From contig CAXHJY010000001.1 in the NCBI GenBank assembly GCA_964016885.1, positions 746,598 to 810,597 of the forward strand: DNA of 64,000 nucleotides. Reading direction: 5' to 3'. The notes below the pieces were generated by a model. That model was not told the origin of the DNA and did no database searches. It worked only from the letters and a program-made list of their open reading frames with translations. Made by a program: the position numbers and the translations under genes. Positions 60,776-64,000 of the stretch are shown here, one piece after another (position 1 is the first letter of the stretch; each line of letters starts with the position of its first letter). The stretch comes from Eledone cirrhosa. Taxonomy: Eukaryota.

Positions 60776-61545
60776 TATTCATAAATAGACACACAATACA
60801 AAATAATTATTACATACACACATCTATGTAATGATTGAGGAAGGAATTGCCTGGTGAAACGCTATAACGATGTTTGTGTTGCGTACCTTTAAGGTTTACC
60901 GGCTTCGTAGCCTATTCGAAGATTTTATTATAATTATGAACCTTGTATTTCAATTAATTATGAATAATGTTGGGCTATTTATCACAATTGTTAGTTAATT
61001 ACTAACATAGTAACTTAACATATGGTTGTTATATAGAATTTCGTTGGAAGACTTTAATTTAGATAGGAACCATTTCCATAGAAGGAGAACCTATTTTGGC
61101 TGGGTTTCTACCAAAAGGGTTAATGAAGAATTTTGAACAATTTACTAAAATTATTATTTCATTACTAAGATAATGTGTGAATACACAATTATATGTGTGT
61201 GTGTATATATATATAAACAGTATATATACAGTATATATATAGTATACAAAAGATGTAGTGGGATAATGAGTAGTCTTAAGAGAAGTCAGTCCAGATAGCT
61301 GCGCTGTAGTTTACACTTATTGGGACTGTGTGTTGGCTAGCAGGCCTGTATTTTGGGATCTAGCTGGTCCATTATGAGGGAGCTCTGGTTAGTTGGCAGC
61401 ACCATGCCTTGTGGTATATTTATGTATAGAAATAAGTTATTGTATATGTATAACTGTCCATCTATATGTAAACATGTATGTTTACGTATATGTTTACATC
61501 CATATATACATTTTCAGATGTATACACGTAAAAGTATATATATAT

Positions 61546-61590
<45 letters not shown>

Positions 61591-61792
61591 AATATATAAA
61601 TATATTTATATATATTTATATATATATAAATATATAAATATACATTTGAGTGTAGAATGTAGATAAATCTACCAAAAGTTTACGGTAGTGTCCAATCCGT
61701 ATGAAGAACTCAATGTAATCCAGATATCGTGAAAAGAGAAGATGCATTCAACAACTACTTTCGGTGAAAAATAAACGGAAAACAGAGTCAAG

Positions 61793-62182
61793 ATAAATTA
61801 ATAAAATAATGAATAAACAAAGAAACAGTTCCTTATATTAAAAAAATTCATCATTTTACGATCGTTTCTAGGATATATATGTGTTAGAGGTGATATGCAT
61901 ATTCTATAGATCTATGTACAATATTTATACAAACTATCAGAGGGAATATACATACCTACACATATATATGATGTCTTCAGAAATAATATTATTTCTGAAG
62001 ACAGCATATATATGTGTAGGTATGTATATTCCCTCTGATAGTTTTTATAAATATTGTACATAGATCTATAGAATATGCATACCAACTCTAACACATATAT
62101 ATCCTAGAAACGATCGTAAAATGATGAATTTTTTTAATATAAAGAACTGTTTCTTTGTTTATTCATTATTTTATTAATTTAT
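61793..62182. repeat. 390-bp spacerless palindrome (third, single-arm copy at 63430-63630)
   Basis: 195-bp arms centred at 61987/61988 (aaataat|attattt), few mismatches. Confidence 0.93.
61987..62126 (+). ncRNA. Hammerhead-like motif with long stem II (mirror copy 61849-61988 on minus)
   Basis: tattattt CTGAAGA [105 nt] GAAA cgatcg TA aaatgatg. Confidence 0.5.
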
Positions 62183-62243
62183 TTGAGTGTAGATATATAT
62201 ATCAATCATCTTTTAACATATATATATATAAATAAAATATATA

Positions 62244-62319
62244 CAGGGTCTCCCCAAAATGTATACACACTTCAACTACAGTCTATGTAAATGTGTATAC
62301 ATATTTTAGGGACATCCTG
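62244..62319. mobile_element. 76-bp Tc1/mariner-type mini-MITE
   Basis: TA|cagggtctccccaaaatgtatacac ... gtgtatacatattttagggacatcctg|TA. Confidence 0.65.
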
Positions 62320-62442
62320 TATATATATATACATATCATGTAACGTGACTCCTACTATTATTGGTTGTACAGATCGTCACAGATGAAAATATTTATTTCG
62401 ACCAAGATTGAATATTTAATGGAATTAAGTGGAATTAGGAAA

Positions 62443-62605
62443 TATTGCCCCGGCCCAACTCTGACAAAAATGGAGCACCTCCTCTTCCGCTTTCTATGGA
62501 AGGGACATGCTCCCATGGTCAGACTATTCATCTGCTGTCAACACCCGTTGCGTGGAGGGCTTGGCATGCTGAGGCTGCGACATCTCTGGTGCTTCCTTGG
62601 CGGTG
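62443..62605 (+). mobile_element. L1/Tx1-like LINE ORF2 fragment
   Basis: [30 protein letters not shown] matches the FLWxG...PxxxGGLG motif. Confidence 0.6.
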
Positions 62606-62682
62606 CAAAAATCAGGACACACACACACACAATTTCACTTTTATATATTTGTATAGATATACATACATATACAAACACATAT

Positions 62683-63420
<738 letters not shown>

Positions 63421-63472
63421 AAAATATTAAACAAATAATGAATAAACAATTCCTTATATTAAACAAAAAAAG

Positions 63473-63629
63473 TTCATTATTTAACGATCGTTTCTAGGAT
63501 ATATATGTGTGTTAGAATTGGTATGCATATTCAACAGATCTATGTACAAAATTATACAAAATTATACAAATTATCAAGATTAAATATACATACCAAACAC
63601 ATATATACGCCGTCTTCAGAAATAATGAA
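63473..63629 (-). ncRNA. Hammerhead-like motif with long stem II
   Basis: Minus strand ttcattattt CTGAAGA ... GAAA cgatcg TT aaataatgaa; perfect 10-bp stem I. Confidence 0.5.
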
Positions 63630-64000
63630 GTATATTTATTGATAATAACAACAATTCAAAATTTCAGTTCAAAATTGACCAATGAAAACACAAAGGGTTA
63701 AATGCAGTTCGGTGTGTGTATATACATGTAAAACCCTTACACATATTTTACAAAAATGTATGTATAACTTGTATACGCATACTAAAAGGATGGATGCAAA
63801 TACAAAATTTCAAGGTTAATGTCTCAGTAAGCTTACAATGCGCAGATAAGATGCGTATTGACACTTGTGAAGTCAAGTATATAAATATATTTTTTCATAC
63901 TCACACATATCCGTACAATCACACATACACGCGCGTATATGCATAAATATACACATAACCACGAACATACAAACACACATATATATATATATATATATAT

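Overview
AT-rich, repeat-dense eukaryotic (animal) genomic DNA; the repeat landscape suggests a mollusc, probably a cephalopod (inference). Most long ORFs in the track are translations of tandem repeats. The real coding content is the middle of one large plus-strand gene with 15 intact, symmetric phase-1 exons of exactly 138 bp (5192-44329). Each exon encodes one 46-aa, 8-Cys EGF/laminin-EGF-like module of the MEGF10/CED-1/SCARF type. There are also two aberrant exon copies, several half-exon ghosts and a weak candidate terminal exon at 58.4 kb. The introns hold two RTE-type LINEs, a decayed autonomous Helitron with a tandem mini-derivative, tRNA-derived SINEs, TTAA MITEs, hAT/mariner/CR1/Tx1 relics and a 5S rRNA fragment. 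Two themes stand out. First, at least seven large minisatellites can each be traced to an in-window progenitor (the EGF exon itself, a LINE ORF, SINEs, MITE ends). Second, several palindromic or fold-back repeats carry hammerhead-ribozyme core motifs, including a form with a ~105-nt stem II.
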